Assembly (NCBI GenBank): GCA_964016885.1
Contig: OZ024742.1
Location: forward strand, 195,424,001-195,488,000
DNA from: Eledone cirrhosa
Lineage: Eukaryota
Length of the DNA stretch: 64,000 nt
Direction of reading: 5' to 3'
Shown: positions 37,401 through 55,400 of the stretch, piece by piece
How positions within the stretch are numbered: the stretch's first letter is position 1
Layout of the letters: each line of letters begins with the position of its first letter
The notes under the pieces: model-generated
Seen by the model: only the letters and a program-made list of their open reading frames with translations
Databases searched by the model: none
What the model was told of the DNA's origin: nothing
Position numbers and translations under genes: made by a program

Positions 37401-40400
37401 AACAATGACAGCAGCAACAGTAATAACAACAGCAACAGTAACAATAACAGCAACAACAGCAGCAACAGTAACAACACCAACAACAACAGCAGCAACAGTA
37501 ATAACAACAGCAACAGTAACAATAACAACAACAACACCAGCAACAGTAAAAACAACAGCAACATTAACAATAACAACAACAACAACAGCAGCAACAGTAA
37601 AAACAACAGCAACAGTAACAATAACAGCAACAACAGCAGCAACAGTAACAACACCAACAACAACAACAGCAGCAACAGTAATAACAACAGCAACAGTAAC
37701 AATAACAACAACAACAGCAGCAACAGTAATAACAACAGCAACAGTAACAATAACAACAACAACACCAACAACAGTAAAAACAACAGCAACAGTAACAATA
37801 ACAACAACAACACCAGCAACAGTAAAAACAACAGCAACAGTAACAATAACAACAACAACAGCAGCAACAGTAATAACAACAGCAACAGTAACAATAACAA
37901 CAACAACAGCAGCAACAGTAATAACAAAAGCAACAGTAACAATAACAACAACAACAGCAGCAACAGTAATAATAACAGCAACAGTAACAATAACAACAAC
38001 AACAACAGCAACAGTAACAATAACAACAACAACAACAGCAGCAACAGTAATAACAAGACCAACAGTAACAATAACAACAACAACAGCAGCAACAGTAATA
38101 ACAACAGCAACAGTAACAATAACAACAACAACAGCAGCAACAGTAAAAACAACAGCAACAGTAACAATAACAACAACAACAGCAGCAACAGTAAAAACAA
38201 CAGCAACAGTAACAATAACAACAACAACAGCAGCAACAGTAATAACAACAGCAACAGTAACAATAACAACAACAACAGCAGCAACAGTAAAAACAACAGC
38301 AACAGTAACAATAACAACAACAACAGCAGCAACAGTAGTAATAACAGCAACAGTAACAATAACAACAACAACAGCAGCAACAGTAAAAACAACAGCAACA
38401 GTAACAATAACAACAACAACAGCAGCAACAGTAATAACAACAGCAACAGTAACAATAACAACAACAACAGCAGCAACAGTAATAACAACAGCAACAGTAA
38501 CAATAACAACAACAACAGCAGCAACAGTAAAAACAACAGCAACAGTAACATAACAACAACAGCAGCAGCAACAGTAATAACAACAGCAAGAGTAACAATA
38601 ACAACAACAACAACAGCAGCAACAGTAATAACAACAGCAACAGTAACAATAACAACAACAACAACAGCAGCAACAGTAACAACAACAGCAACAGTAACAA
38701 TAACAACAACAACAACAGCAGCAACAGTAATAACAACAGCAACAGTAACAACAACAACAACAGCAGCAACAGTAATAACAACAGCAACAGTAACAATAAC
38801 AACAACAACAGCAGCAACAGTAAAAACAACAGCAACAGTAACAATAACAACAACAACAACAGCAGCAACAGTAAAAACAACAGCAACAGTAACAATAACA
38901 ACAACAACAACAGCAGCAACAGTAATAACAACAGCAACAGTAACAATAACAACAACAACAACATCAGCAACAGTAATAACAACAGCAACAGTAAGAATAA
39001 CAACAACAACAACAGCAGCAACAGTAATAACAAGACCAACAGTAACAATAACAACAACAACAACAGCAGCAACAGTAATAACAACAGAAACAGTAACAAT
39101 AACAACAACAACAGCAGCAACAGTAATAACAACAGCAACAGTAACAATAACAACAACAACAACAGCAGCAACAGTAATAACAAGACCAACAGTAACAATA
39201 ACAACAACAACAACAGCAGCAACAGTAATAACAACAGAAACAGTAACAATAACAACAACAACAGCAGCAACAGTAATAACAACAGCAACAGTAACAATAA
39301 CAACAACAACAACAGCAGCAACAGTAATAACAAGACCAACAGTAACAATAACAACAACAACAACAGCAGCAACAGTAATAACAACAGAAACAGTAACAAT
39401 AACAACAACAACAACAGCAGCAACAGTAATAACAAGACCAACAGTAACAATAACAACAACAACAACAGCAGCAACAGTAATAACAACAGCAACAGTAACA
39501 ATAACAACAACAACAACAGCAGCAACAGTAATAACAAGACCAACAGTAACAATAACAACAACAACAACAGCAGCAACAGTAAAAACAACAGCAACAGTAA
39601 CAATAACAACAACAACAACAGCAGCAACAGTAATAACAACAGCAACAGTAACAATAACAACCACAACAACAGCAGCAACAGTAAAAACAACAGCAACAGT
39701 AACAATAACAACAACAACAGCAGCAACAGTAATAACAACAGCAACAGTAACAATAACAACAACAACAACAGCAGCAACAGTAATAACAACAGCAACAGTA
39801 ACAATAACAACAACAACAGCAGCAACAGTAATAACAACAGCAACAGTAACAATAACAACAACAACAGCAGCAACAGTAATAACAACAGCAACAGTAACAA
39901 TAACAACCACAACAACAGCAGCAACAGTAAAAACAACAGCAACAGTAACAATAACAACAACAACAGCAGCAACAGTAATAACAACAGCAACAGTAACAAT
40001 AACAACAACAACAACAGCAGCAACAGTAATAACAACAGCAACAGTAACAATAACAACAACAACAGCAGCAACAGTAATAACAACAGCAACAGTAACAATA
40101 ACAACAACAACAGCAGCAACAGTAAAAACAACAGCAACAGTAACAATAACAACAACAACAGCAGCAACAGTAAAAACAACAGCAACAGTAACAATAACAA
40201 CAACAACAGCAGCAGCAACAGTAATAACAACAGCAACAGTAACAATAACAACAACAACAGTAACAATAACAACAGCAACAGTAACAACAACAACAACAGC
40301 AACAGTAATAACAACAGCAACAGTAACAATAACAACAACAACAACAACAGCAGCAACAGTAAAAACAACAGCAACAGTAACAACAACAACAACAACAACA

Positions 40401-43400
40401 GCAGCAACAGTAAAAACAACAGCAACAGTAACAATAACAACAACAACAGCAGCAACAGTAATAACAACAGCAACAGTAACAACAACAACAACAACAACAG
40501 CAGCAACAGTAATAACAACAGCAACAGTAACAATAACAACAACAACAGCAGGAACAGTAATAACAACAGCAACAGCAACAGTAACAATAACAATAACAGC
40601 AGCAACAGTAATAACAACAGCAACAGTAACAATAACAGCAACAACAGCAGCAACAGTAACAACACCAACAACAACAACAGCAGCAACAGTAACAAAAGCA
40701 ACAGTAACAATAACAACAACAACAGCAGCAACAGTAATAATAACAGCAACAGTAACAATAACAACAACAACAACAGCAGCAACAGCAATACAACAGCAAC
40801 AGTAACAATAACAACAACAACAACAACAACAACAACAGCAGCAACAGTAATAACAAGACCAACAGTAACAATAACAACAACAACAACAGCAGCAACAGTA
40901 ATAACAACAGCAACAGTAACAATAACAACAACAACAGCAGCAACAGTAAAAACAACAGCAACAGTAACAATAACAACAACAACAGCAGCAACAGTAAAAA
41001 CAACAGCAACAGTGACAATAACAACAACAACAGCAGCAACAGTAATAACAACAGCAACAGTAACAATAACAACAACAACAGCAGCAGCAACAGTAAAAAC
41101 AACAGCAACAGTAACAATAACAACAACAACAGCAGCAACAGTAAAAACAACAGTAACAATAACAACAACAACAGCAGCAACAGTAAAAACAACAGCAACA
41201 GTAACAATAACAACAACAACAGCAGCAACAGTAATAACAACAGCAACAGTAACAATAACAACAACAACAGCAGCAACAGTAATAACAACAGCAACAGTAA
41301 CAATAACAACAACAACAGCAGCAACAGTAAAAACAACAGCAACAGTAACATAACAACAACAGCAGCAGCAACAGTAATAACAACAGCAACAGTAACAATA
41401 ACAATAACAACAACAGCAGCAACAGTAATAACAACAGCAACAGTAACAATAACAACAACAACAACAGCAGCAACAGTAAAAACAACAGCAACAGTAACAA
41501 TAACAACAACAACAACAGCAGCAACAGTAATAACAACAGCAACAGTAACAATAACAACAACAACAACAGCAGCAACAGTAATAACAACAGCAACAGTAAC
41601 AATAACAACAACAACAGCAGCAACAGTAAAAACAACAGCAACAGTAACAATAACAACAACAACAACAGCAGCAACAGTAAAAACAACAGCAACAGTAACA
41701 ATAACAACAACAACAACAGCAGCAACAGTAATAACAACAGCAACAGTAACAATAACAACAACAACAACAGCAGCAACAGTAATAACAACAGCAACAGTAA
41801 CAATAACAACAACAAAAACAGCAGCAACAGTAATAACAACAGCAACAGTAACATAACAACAACAACAGCAGCAACAGTAATACAACAGCAACAGTAACAA
41901 TAACAACAACAACAACAGCAGCAACAGTAATAACAACAGCAACAGTAACAATAACAACAACAACAACAGCAGCAACAGTAATAACAACAGCAACAGTAAC
42001 AATAACAACAACAACAACAGCAGCAACAGTAATAACAAGACCAACAGTAACAATAACAACAACAACAACAGCAGCAACAGTAATAACAACAGCAACAGTA
42101 ACAATAACAACAACAACAACAGCAGCAACAGTAATAACAAGACCAACAGTAACAATAACAACAACAACAACAGCAGCAACAGTAATAACAACAGAAACAG
42201 TAACAATAACAACAACAACAGCAGCAACAGTAATAACAACAGCAACAGTAACAATAACAACAACAACAACAGCAGCAACAGTAATAACAAGACCAACAGT
42301 AACAATAACAACAACAACAACAGCAGCAACAGTAATAACAACAGAAACAGTAACAATAACAACAACAACAGCAGCAACAGTAATAACAACAGCAACAGTA
42401 ACAATAACAACAACAACAACAGCAGCAACAGTAATAACAAGACTAACAGTAACAATAACAACAACAACAACAGCAGCAACAGTAATAACAACAGAAACAG
42501 TAACAATAACAACAACAACAACAGCAGCAACAGTAATAACAAGACCAACAGTAACAATAACAACAACAACAACAGCAGCAACAGTAATAACAACAGCAAC
42601 AGTAACAATAACAACAACAACAACAGCAGCAACAGTAATAACAAGACCAACAGTAACAATAACAACAACAACAACAGCAGCAACAGTAAAAACAACAGCA
42701 ACAGTAACAACAACAACAACAACAACAGCAGCAACAGTAAAAACAACAGCAACAGTAACAATAACAACAACAACAGCAGCAACAGTAATAACAACAGCAA
42801 CAGTAACAACAACAACAACAACAACAGCAGCAACAGTAATAACAACAGCAACAGTAACAATAACAACAACAACAGCAGGAACAGTAATAACAACAGCAAC
42901 AGCAACAGTAACAATAACAATAACAGCAGCAACAGTAATAACAACAGCAACAGTAACAATAACAGCAACAACAGCAGCAACAGTAACAACACCAACAACA
43001 ACAACAGCAGCAACAGTAACAAAAGCAACAGTAACAATAACAACAACAACAGCAGCAACAGTAATAATAACAGCAACAGTAACAATAACAACAACAACAA
43101 CAGCAGCAACAGCAATACAACAGCAACAGTAACAATAACAACAACAACAGCAGCAACAGTAAAAACAACAGCAACAGTAACAATAACAACAACAACAGCA
43201 GCAACAGTAAAAACAACAGTAACAATAACAACAACAACAGCAGCAACAGTAAAAACAACAGCAACAGTAACAATAACAACAACAACAGCAGCAACAGTAA
43301 TAACAACAGCAACAGTAACAATAACAACAACAACAGCAGCAACAGTAATAACAACAGCAACAGTAACAATAACAACAACAACAACAGCAGCAACAGTAAT

Positions 43401-46400
43401 AACAACAGCAACAGTAACAATAACAACAACAACAGCAGCAACAGTAAAAACAACAGCAACAGTAACAATAACAACAGCAGCAACAGTAAAAACAACAGCA
43501 ACAGTAACAATAACAACAACAACAGCAGCAACAGTAAAAACAACAGCAACAGTAACAATAACAACAACAACAGCAGCAACAGTAAAAACAACAGTAACAA
43601 TAACAACAACAACAGCAGCAACAGTAAAAACAACAGCAACAGTAACAATAACAACAACAACAGCAGCAACAGTAATAACAACAGCAACAGTAACAATAAC
43701 AACAACAACAGCAGCAACAGTAATAACAACAGCAACAGTAACAATAACAACAACAACAGCAGCAACAGTAAAAACAACAGCAACAGTAACATAACAACAA
43801 CAGCAGCAACAGTAATAACAAGACCAACAGTAACAATAACAACAACAACAACAGCAGCAACAGTAATAACAACAGCAACAGTAACAATAACAACAACAAC
43901 AGCAGCAACAGTAAAAACAACAGCAACAGTAACAATAACAACAACAACAGCAGCAACAGTAAAAACAACATCAACAGTGACAATAACAACAACAACAGCA
44001 GCAACAGTAATAACAACAGCAACAGTAACAATAACAACAACAACAGCAGCAACAGTAAAAACAACAGCAACAGTAACAATAACAACAACAACAGCAGCAA
44101 CAGTAAAAACAACAGTAACAATAACAACAACAACAGCAGCAACAGTAAAAACAACAGCAACAGTAACAATAACAACAACAACAGCAGCAACAGTAATAAC
44201 AACAGCAACAGTAACAATAACAACAACAACAGCAGCAACAGTAATAACAACAGCAACAGTAACAATAACAACAACAACAGCAGCAACAGTAAAAACAACA
44301 GCAACAGTAACATAACAACAACAGCAGCAACAGTAATAACAACAGCAACAGTAACAATAACAATAACAACAGCAGCAGCAACAGTAATAACAACAGCAAC
44401 AGTAACAATAACAACCACAACAACAGCAGCAACAGTAAAAACAACAGCAACAGTAACAATAACAACAACAACAGCAGCAACAGTAATAACAACAGCAACA
44501 GTAACAATAACAACAACAACAACAGCAGCAACAGTAATAACAACAGCAACAGTAACAATAACAACAACAACAGCAGCAACAGTAATAACAACAGCAACAG
44601 TAACAATAACAACAACAACAGCAGCAACAGTAAAAACAACAGCAACAGTAACAATAACAACAACAACAGCAGCAACAGTAAAAACAACAGCAACAGTAAC
44701 AATAACAACAACAACAGCAGCAGCAACAGTAATAACAACAGCAACAGTAACAATAACAACAACAACAGTAACAATAACAACAGCAACAGTAACAACAACA
44801 ACAACAGCAACAGTAATAACAACAGCAACAGTAACAATAACAACAACAACAACAACAGCAGCAACAGTAAAAACAACAGCAACAGTAACAACAACAACAA
44901 CAACAACAGCAGCAACAGTAAAAACAACAGTAACAGTAACAATAACAACAACAACAGCAGCAACAGTAATAACAACAGCAACAGTAACAACAACAACAAC
45001 AACAACAGCAGCAACAGTAATAACAACAGCAACAGTAACAATAACAACAACAACAGCAGGAACAGTAATAACAACAGCAACAGCAACAGTAACAATAACA
45101 ATAACAGCAGCAACAGTAATAACAACAGCAACAGTAACAATAACAGCAACAACAGCAGCAACAGTAACAACACCAACAACAACAACAGCAGCAACAGTAA
45201 CAAAAGCAACAGTAACAATAACAACAACAACAGCAGCAACAGTAATAATAACAGCAACAGTAACAATAACAACAACAACAACAACAACAACAACAGCAGC
45301 AACAGTAATAACAAGACCAACAGTAACAATAACAACAACAACAACAGCAGCAACAGTAATAACAACAGCAACAGTAACAATAACAACAACAACAGCAGCA
45401 ACAGTAAAAACAACAGCAACAGTAACAATAACAACAACAACAGCAGCAACAGTAAAAACAACAGCAACAGTGACAATAACAACAACAACAGCAGCAACAG
45501 TAATAACAACAGCAACAGTAACAATAACAACAACAACAGCAGCAACAGTAAAAACAACAGCAACAGTAACAATAACAACAACAACAGCAGCAACAGTAAA
45601 AACAACAGTAACAATAACAACAACAACAGCAGCAACAGTAAAAACAACAGCAACAGTAACAATAACAACAACAACAGCAGCAACAGTAATAACAACAGCA
45701 ACAGTAACAATAACAACAACAACAGCAGCAACAGTAATAACAACAGCAACAGTAACAATAACAACAACAACAGCAGCAACAGTAAAAACAACAGCAACAG
45801 TAACATAACAACAACAGCAGCAGCAACAGTAATAACAACAGCAACAGTAACAATAACAATAACAACAACAGCAGCAACAGTAATAACAACAGCAACAGTA
45901 ACAATAACAACAACAACAACAGCAGCAACAGTAAAAACAACAGCAACAGTAACAATAACAACAACAACAACAGCAGCAACAGTAATAACAACAGCAACAG
46001 TAACAATAACAACAACAACAACAGCAGCAACAGTAATAACAACAGCAACAGTAACAATAACAACAACAACAGCAGCAACAGTAAAAACAACAGCAACAGT
46101 AACAATAACAACAACAACAACAGCAGCAACAGTAAAAACAACAGCAACAGTAACAATAACAACAACAACAACAGCAGCAACAGTAATAACAACAGCAACA
46201 GTAACAATAACAACAACAACAACAGCAGCAACAGTAATAACAACAGCAACAGTAACAATAACAACAACAAAAACAGCAGCAACAGTAATAACAACAGCAA
46301 CAGTAACATAACAACAACAACAGCAGCAACAGTAATACAACAGCAACAGTAACAATAACAACAACAACAACAGCAGCAACAGTAATAACAACAGCAACAG

Positions 46401-49400
46401 TAACAATAACAACAACAACAACAGCAGCAACAGTAATAACAACAGCAACAGTAACAATAACAACAACAACAACAGCAGCAACAGTAATAACAAGACCAAC
46501 AGTAACAATAACAACAACAACAACAGCAGCAACAGTAATAACAACAGCAACAGTAACAATAACAACAACAACAACAGCAGCAACAGTAATAACAAGACCA
46601 ACAGTAACAATAACAACAACAACAACAGCAGCAACAGTAATAACAACAGAAACAGTAACAATAACAACAACAACAGCAGCAACAGTAATAACAACAGCAA
46701 CAGTAACAATAACAACAACAACAACAGCAGCAACAGTAATAACAAGACCAACAGTAACAATAACAACAACAACAACAGCAGCAACAGTAATAACAACAGA
46801 AACAGTAACAATAACAACAACAACAGCAGCAACAGTAATAACAACAGCAACAGTAACAATAACAACAACAACAACAGCAGCAACAGTAATAACAAGACTA
46901 ACAGTAACAATAACAACAACAACAACAGCAGCAACAGTAATAACAACAGAAAAAGTAACAATAACAACAACAACAACAGCAGCAACAGTAATAACAAGAC
47001 CAACAGTAACAATAACAACAACAACAACAGCAGCAACAGTAATAACAACAGCAACAGTAACAATAACAACAACAACAACAGCAGCAACAGTAATAACAAG
47101 ACCAACAGTAACAATAACAACAACAACAACAGCAGCAACAGTAAAAACAACAGCAACAGTAACAACAACAACAACAACAACAGCAGCAACAGTAAAAACA
47201 ACAGCAACAGTAACAATAACAACAACAACAGCAGCAACAGTAATAACAACAGCAACAGTAACAACAACAACAACAACAACAGCAGCAACAGTAATAACAA
47301 CAGCAACAGTAACAATAACAACAACAACAGCAGGAACAGTAATAACAACAGCAACAGCAACAGTAACAATAACAATAACAGCAGCAACAGTAATAACAAC
47401 AGCAACAGTAACAATAACAGCAACAACAGCAGCAACAGTAACAACACCAACAACAACAACAGCAGCAACAGTAACAAAAGCAACAGTAACAATAACAACA
47501 ACAACAGCAGCAACAGTAATAATAACAGCAACAGTAACAATAACAACAACAACAACAGCAGCAACAGCAATACAACAGCAACAGTAACAATAACAACAAC
47601 AACAACAACAACAACAGCAGCAACAGTAATAACAAGACCAACAGTAACAATAACAACAACAACAACAGCAGCAACAGTAATAACAACAGCAACAGTAACA
47701 ATAACAACAACAACAGCAGCAACAGTAAAAACAACAGCAACAGTAACAATAACAACAACAACAGCAGCAACAGTAAAAACAACATCAACAGTGACAATAA
47801 CAACAACAACAGCAGCAACAGTAATAACAACAGCAACAGTAACAATAACAACAACAACAGCAGCAACAGTAAAAACAACAGCAACAGTAACAATAACAAC
47901 AACAACAGCAGCAACAGTAAAAACAACAGTAACAATAACAACAACAACAGCAGCAACAGTAAAAACAACAGCAACAGTAACAATAACAACAACAACAGCA
48001 GCAACAGTAATAACAACAGCAACAGTAACAATAACAACAACAACAGCAGCAACAGTAATAACAACAGCAACAGTAACAATAACAACAACAACAGCAGCAA
48101 CAGTAAAAACAACAGCAACAGTAACATAACAACAACAGCAGCAACAGTAATAACAACAGCAACAGTAACAATAACAATAACAACAACAGCAGCAACAGTA
48201 ATAACAACAGCAACAGTAACAATAACAACAACAACAACAGCAGCAACAGTAAAAACAACAGCAACAGTAACAATAACAACAACAACAACAGCAGCAACAG
48301 TAATAACAACAGCAACAGTAACAATAACAACAACAACAACAGCAGCAACAGTAATAACAACAGCAACAGTAACAATAACAACAACAACAGCAGCAACAGT
48401 AAAAACAACAGCAACAGTAACAATAACAACAACAACAACAGCAGCAACAGTAAAAACAACAGCAACAGTAACAATAACAACAACAACAACAGCAGCAACA
48501 GTAATAACAACAGCAACAGTAACAATAACAACAACAACAACAGCAGCAACAGTAATAACAACAGCAACAGTAACAATAACAACAACAACAACAGCAGCAA
48601 CAGTAATAACAACAGCAACAGTAACATAACAACAACAACAGCAGCAACAGTAATACAACAGCAACAGTAACAATAACAACAACAACAACAGCAGCAACAG
48701 TAATAACAACAGCAACAGTAACAATAACAACAACAACAACAGCAGCAACAGTAATAACAACAGCAACAGTAACAATAACAACAACAACAACAGCAGCAAC
48801 AGTAATAACAAGACCAACAGTAACAATAACAACAACAACAACAGCAGCAACAGTAATAACAACAGCAACAGTAACAATAACAACAACAACAACAGCAGCA
48901 ACAGTAATAACAACAGCAACAGTAACAATAACAACAACAACAACAGCAGCAACAGTAATAACAAGACCAACAGTAACAATAACAACAACAACAACAGCAG
49001 CAACAGTAATAACAACAGCAACAGTAACAATAACAACAACAACAACAGCAGCAACAGTAATAACAAGACCAACAGTAACAATAACAACAACAACAACAGC
49101 AGCAACAGTAATAACAACAGAAACAGTAACAATAACAACAACAACAGCAGCAACAGTAATAACAACAGCAACAGTAACAATAACAACAACAACAACAGCA
49201 GCAATAGTAATAACAAGACTAACAGTAACAATAACAACAACAACAACAGCAGCAACAGTAATAACAACAGAAACAGTAACAATAACAACAACAACAACAG
49301 CAGCAACAGTAATAACAAGACCAACAGTAACAATAACAACAACAACAACAGCAGCAACAGTAATAACAACAGAAACAGTAACAATAACAACAACAACAGC

Positions 49401-52400
49401 AGCAACAGTAATAACAACAGCAACAGTAACAATAACAACAACAACAGCAGCAACAGTAAAAACAACAGCAACAGTAACAATAACAACAACAACAGCAGCA
49501 ACAGTAATAACAACAGCAACAGTAACAATAACAACAACAACAGCAGCAACAGTAAAAACAACAGCAACAGTAACAATAACAACAACAACAGCAGCAACAG
49601 TAAAAACAACAGTAACAATAACAACAACAACAGCAGCAACAGTAAAAACAACAGCAACAGTAACAATAACAACAACAACAGCAGCAACAGTAATAACAAC
49701 AGCAACAGTAACAATAACAACAACAACAGCAGCAACAGTAATAACAACAGCAACAGTAACAATAACAACAACAACAGCAGCAACAGTAAAAACAACAGCA
49801 ACAGTAACATAACAACAACAGCAGCAACAGTAATAACAACAGCAACAGTAACAATAACAATAACAACAACAGCAGCAACAGTAATAACAACAGCAACAGT
49901 AACAATAACAACAACAACAACAGCAGCAACAGTAAAAACAACAGCAACAGTAACAATAACAACAACAACAACAGCAGCAACAGTAATAACAACAGCAACA
50001 GTAACAATAACAACAACAACAACAGCAGCAACAGTAATAACAACAGCAACAGTAACAATAACAACAACAACAGCAGCAACAGTAAAAACAACAGCAACAG
50101 TAACAATAACAACAACAACAACAGCAGCAACAGTAAAAACAACAGCAACAGTAACAATAACAACAACAACAACAGCAGCAACAGTAATAACAACAGCAAC
50201 AGTAACAATAACAACAACAACAACAGCAGCAACAGTAATAACAACAGCAACAGTAACAATAACAACAACAACAACAGCAGCAACAGTAATAACAACAGCA
50301 ACAGTAACATAACAACAACAACAGCAGCAACAGTAATACAACAGCAACAGTAACAATAACAACAACAACAACAGCAGCAACAGTAATAACAACAGCAACA
50401 GTAACAATAACAACAACAACAACAGCAGCAACAGTAATAACAACAGCAACAGTAACAATAACAACAACAACAACAGCAGCAACAGTAATAACAAGACCAA
50501 CAGTAACAATAACAACAACAACAACAGCAGCAACAGTAATAACAACAGCAACAGTAACAATAACAACAACAACAACAGCAGCAACAGTAATAACAAGACC
50601 AACAGTAACAATAACAACAACAACAACAGCAGCAACAGTAATAACAACAGAAACAGTAACAATAACAACAACAACAGCAGCAACAGTAATAACAACAGCA
50701 ACAGTAACAATAACAACAACAACAACAGCAGCAACAGTAATAACAAGACCAACAGTAACAATAACAACAACAACAACAGCAGCAACAGTAATAACAACAG
50801 AAACAGTAACAATAACAACAACAACAGCAGCAACAGTAATAACAACAGCAACAGTAACAATAACAACAACAACAACAGCAGCAACAGTAATAACAAGACT
50901 AACAGTAACAATAACAACAACAACAACAGCAGCAACAGTAATAACAACAGAAACAGTAACAATAACAACAACAACAACAGCAGCAACAGTAATAACAAGA
51001 CTAACAGTAACAATAACAACAACAACAACAGCAGCAACAGTAATAACAACAGAAACAGTAACAATAACAACAACAACAGCAGCAACAGTAATAACAACAG
51101 CAACAGTAACAATAACAACAACAACAGCAGCAACAGTAAAAACAACAGCAACAGTAACAATAACAACAACAACAGCAGCAACAGTAATAACAACAGCAAC
51201 AGTAACAATAACAACAACAACAACAGCAGCAACAGTAAAAACAACAGCAACAGTAACAATAACAACAACAACAACAGCAGCAACAGTAATAACAACAGCA
51301 ACAGTAACAATAACAACAACAACAACAGCAGCAACAGTAAAAACAACAGCAACAGTAACAATAACAACAACAACAGCAGCAACAGTAATAACAACAGCAA
51401 CAGTAACAATAACAACAACAACAACAGCAGCAACAGTAATAACAACAGCAACAGTAACATAACAACAACAACAGCAGCAACAGTAATAACAACAGCAACA
51501 GTAACAATAACAACAACAACAGCAACAGTAAAAACAACAGCAACAGTAACAATAACAACAACAACAACAGCAGCAACAGTAATAACAACAGCAACAGTAA
51601 CAATAACAACCACAACAACAGCAGCAACAGTAAAAACAACAGCAACAGTAACAATAACAACAACAACAGCAGCAACAGTAATAACAACAGCAACAGTAAC
51701 AATAACAACAACAACAACAGCAGCAACAGTAATAACAACAGTAACAATAACAACAACAACAGCAGCAACAGTAATAACAACAGCAACAGTAACAATAACA
51801 ACAACAACAGCAGCAACAGTAAAAACAACAGCAACAGTAACATAACAACAACAGCAGCAGCAACAGTAATAACAACAGCAACAGTAACAATAACAATAAC
51901 AACAACAGCAGCAACAGTAATAACAACAGCAACAGTAACAATAACAACAACAACAACAGCAGCAACAGTAAAAACAACAGCAACAGTAACAATAACAACA
52001 ACAACAACAGCAGCAACAGTAATAACAACAGCAACAGTAACAATAACAACAACAACAACAGCAGCAACAGTAATAACAACAGCAACAGTAACAATAACAA
52101 CAACAACAGCAGCAACAGTAAAAACAACAGCAACAGTAACAATAACAACAACAACAGCAGCAGCAACAGTAAAAACAACAGCAACAGTAACAATAACAAC
52201 AACAACAACAACAGCAACAGTAATAACAACAGCAACAGTAACAATAACATCAACAACAACAGCAGCAACAGTAATAACAACAGCAACAGTAACAATAACA
52301 ACAACAACAACAGCAGCAACAGTAATACAACAGCAACAGTAACATAACAACAACAACAGCAGCAACAGTAATACAACAGCAACAGTAACAATAACAACAA

Positions 52401-55400
52401 CAACAACAGCAGCAACAGTAATAACAACAGCAACAGTAACAATAACAACAACAACAACAGCAGCAACAGTAATAACAACAGCAACAGTAACAATAACAAC
52501 AACAACAACAGCAGCAACAGTAATAACAAGACCAACAGTAACAATAACAACAACAACAACAGCAGCAACAGTAACTACAACAGCAACAGTAACAATAACA
52601 ACAACAACAACAGCAGCAACAGTAATAACAAGACCAACAGTAACAATAACAACAACAACAACAGCAGCAACAGTAATAACAACAGAAACAGTAACAATAA
52701 CAACAACAACAGCAGCAACAGTAATAACAACAGCAACAGTAACAATAACAACAACAACAACAGCAGCAACAGTAATAACAAGACCAACAGTAACAATAAC
52801 AACAACAACAACAGCAGCAACAGTAATAACAACAGAAACAGTAACAATAACAACAACAACAGCAGCAACAGTAATAACAACAGCAACAGTAACAATAACA
52901 ACAACAACAACAGCAGCAACAGTAATAACAAGACTAACAGTAACAATAACAACAACAACAACAGCAGCAACAGTAATAACAACAGAAACAGTAACAATAA
53001 CAACAATAACAACAGCAGCAACAGTAATAACAAGACCAACAGTAACAATAACAACAACAACAACAGCAGCAACAGTAATAACAACAGCAACAGTAACAAT
53101 AACAACAACAACAACAGCAGCAACAGTAATAACAAGACCAACAGTAACAATAACAACAACAACAACAGCAGCAACAGTAATAACAACAGAAACAGTAACA
53201 ATAACAACAACAACAGCAACAACAGTAATAACAACAGCAACAGTAACAATAACAACAACAACAACAGCAGCAACAGTAATAACAAGACCAACAGTAACAA
53301 TAACAACAACAACAACAGCAGCAACAGTAATAACAACAGAAACAGTAACAATAACAACAACAACAGCAGCAACAGTAATAACAACAGCAACAGTAACAAT
53401 AACAACAACAACAGCAGCAACAGTAAAAACAACAGCAACAGTAACAATAACAACAAGAACAGCAGCAACAGTAATAACAACAGCAACAGTAACAATAACA
53501 ACAACAACAACAGCAGCAACAGTAATAACAACAGCAACAGTAACAATAACAACAACAACAGCAGCAACAGTAATAACAACAGCAACAGTAACAATAACAA
53601 CAACAACAACAGCAGCAACAGTAATAACAACAGCAACAGTAACAATAACAACAACAACAGCAGCAACAGTAAAAACAACAGCAACAGTAACAATAACAAC
53701 AACAACAACAGCAGCAACAGTAATAACAACAGCAACAGTAACAATAACAACAACAACAACAGCAGCAACAGTAAAAACAACAGCAACAGTAACAATAACA
53801 ACAACAACAGCAGCAACAGTAATAACAACAGCAACAGTAACAATAACAACAACAACAACAGCAGCAACAGTAATAACAACAGCAACAGTAACATAACAAC
53901 AACAACAGCAGCAACAGTAATAACAACAGCAACAGTAACAATAACAACAACAATAACAGCAGCAACAGTAACAACAACAGCAACAGTAACAATAACAACA
54001 ACAACAGCAGCAACAGTAATAACAACAGTAACAGTAACAATAACAACAACAACAGCAGCAACAGTAAAAACAACAGCAACAGTAACAATAACAACAACAA
54101 CAGCAGCAGCAACAGTAATAACAACAGCAACAGTAACAATAACAACAACAACAGTAACAATAACAACAGCAACAGTAACAACAACAACAGCAGCAACAGT
54201 AATAACAACAACAACAGTAACAACAACAACAACAACAGCAGCAACAGTAACAACAACAGCAACAGTAACACAACAGCAACAGTAACAATAACAACAACAA
54301 CAGCAGCAACAGTAAGAACAACAACAACAGTAACAATAACAACAACAACAGCAGCAACAGTAATAACAACAGCAACAGTAACAATAACAACAACAACAGC
54401 AGCAACAGTAATAACAACAGCAACGGTAACAACAACAACAACAGCAGCAGCAACAGTAAAAACACAACAGTAACAATAACAACAGCAACAACAACAGCAG
54501 CAACAGTAATAACAACAGCAACAGTAACAACAACAACAACAACAGCAGCAACAGTAACAACAACAGCAACAGTAACAATAACAACAACAACAGTAACAAT
54601 AACAACAGCAACAGTAACAACAACAACAGCAGCAACAGTAATAACAACAGCAACAGTAACAATAACAACAACAACAACAGCAGCAATAGTAATAACAACA
54701 GCAACAGTAACAACAACAACAACAACAGCAGCAACAGTAATAACAACAGCAACAGTAACAACAACAACAACAACACCAGCAGCAACAGTAATAACAACAG
54801 CAACAGTAACAATAACAACAACAACAACAGCAGCAACAGTAATAACAACAGCAACAGTAACAATAACAACAACAACAGCAGCAACAGTAAAAACAACAGC
54901 AACAGTAACAATAACAACAACAACAACAGCAGCAACAGTAAAAACAACAGCAACAGTAACAATAACAACAACAACAACAGCAGCAACAGTAATAACAACA
55001 GCAACAGTAACAATAACAACAACAACAACAGCAGCAACAGTAATAACAACAGCAACAGTAACAATAACAACAACAACAACAGCAGCAACAGTAATAACAA
55101 CAGCAACAGTAACATAACAACAACAACAGCAGCAACAGTAATACAACAGCAACAGTAACAATAACAACAACAACAACAGCAGCAACAGTAATAACAACAG
55201 CAACAGTAACAATAACAACAACAACAACAGCAGCAACAGTAATAACAACAGCAACAGTAACAATAACAACAACAACAACAGCAGCAACAGTAATAACAAG
55301 ACCAACAGTAACAATAACAACAACAACAACAGCAGCAACAGTAATAACAACAGCAACAGTAACAATAACAACAACAACAACAGCAGCAACAGTAATAACA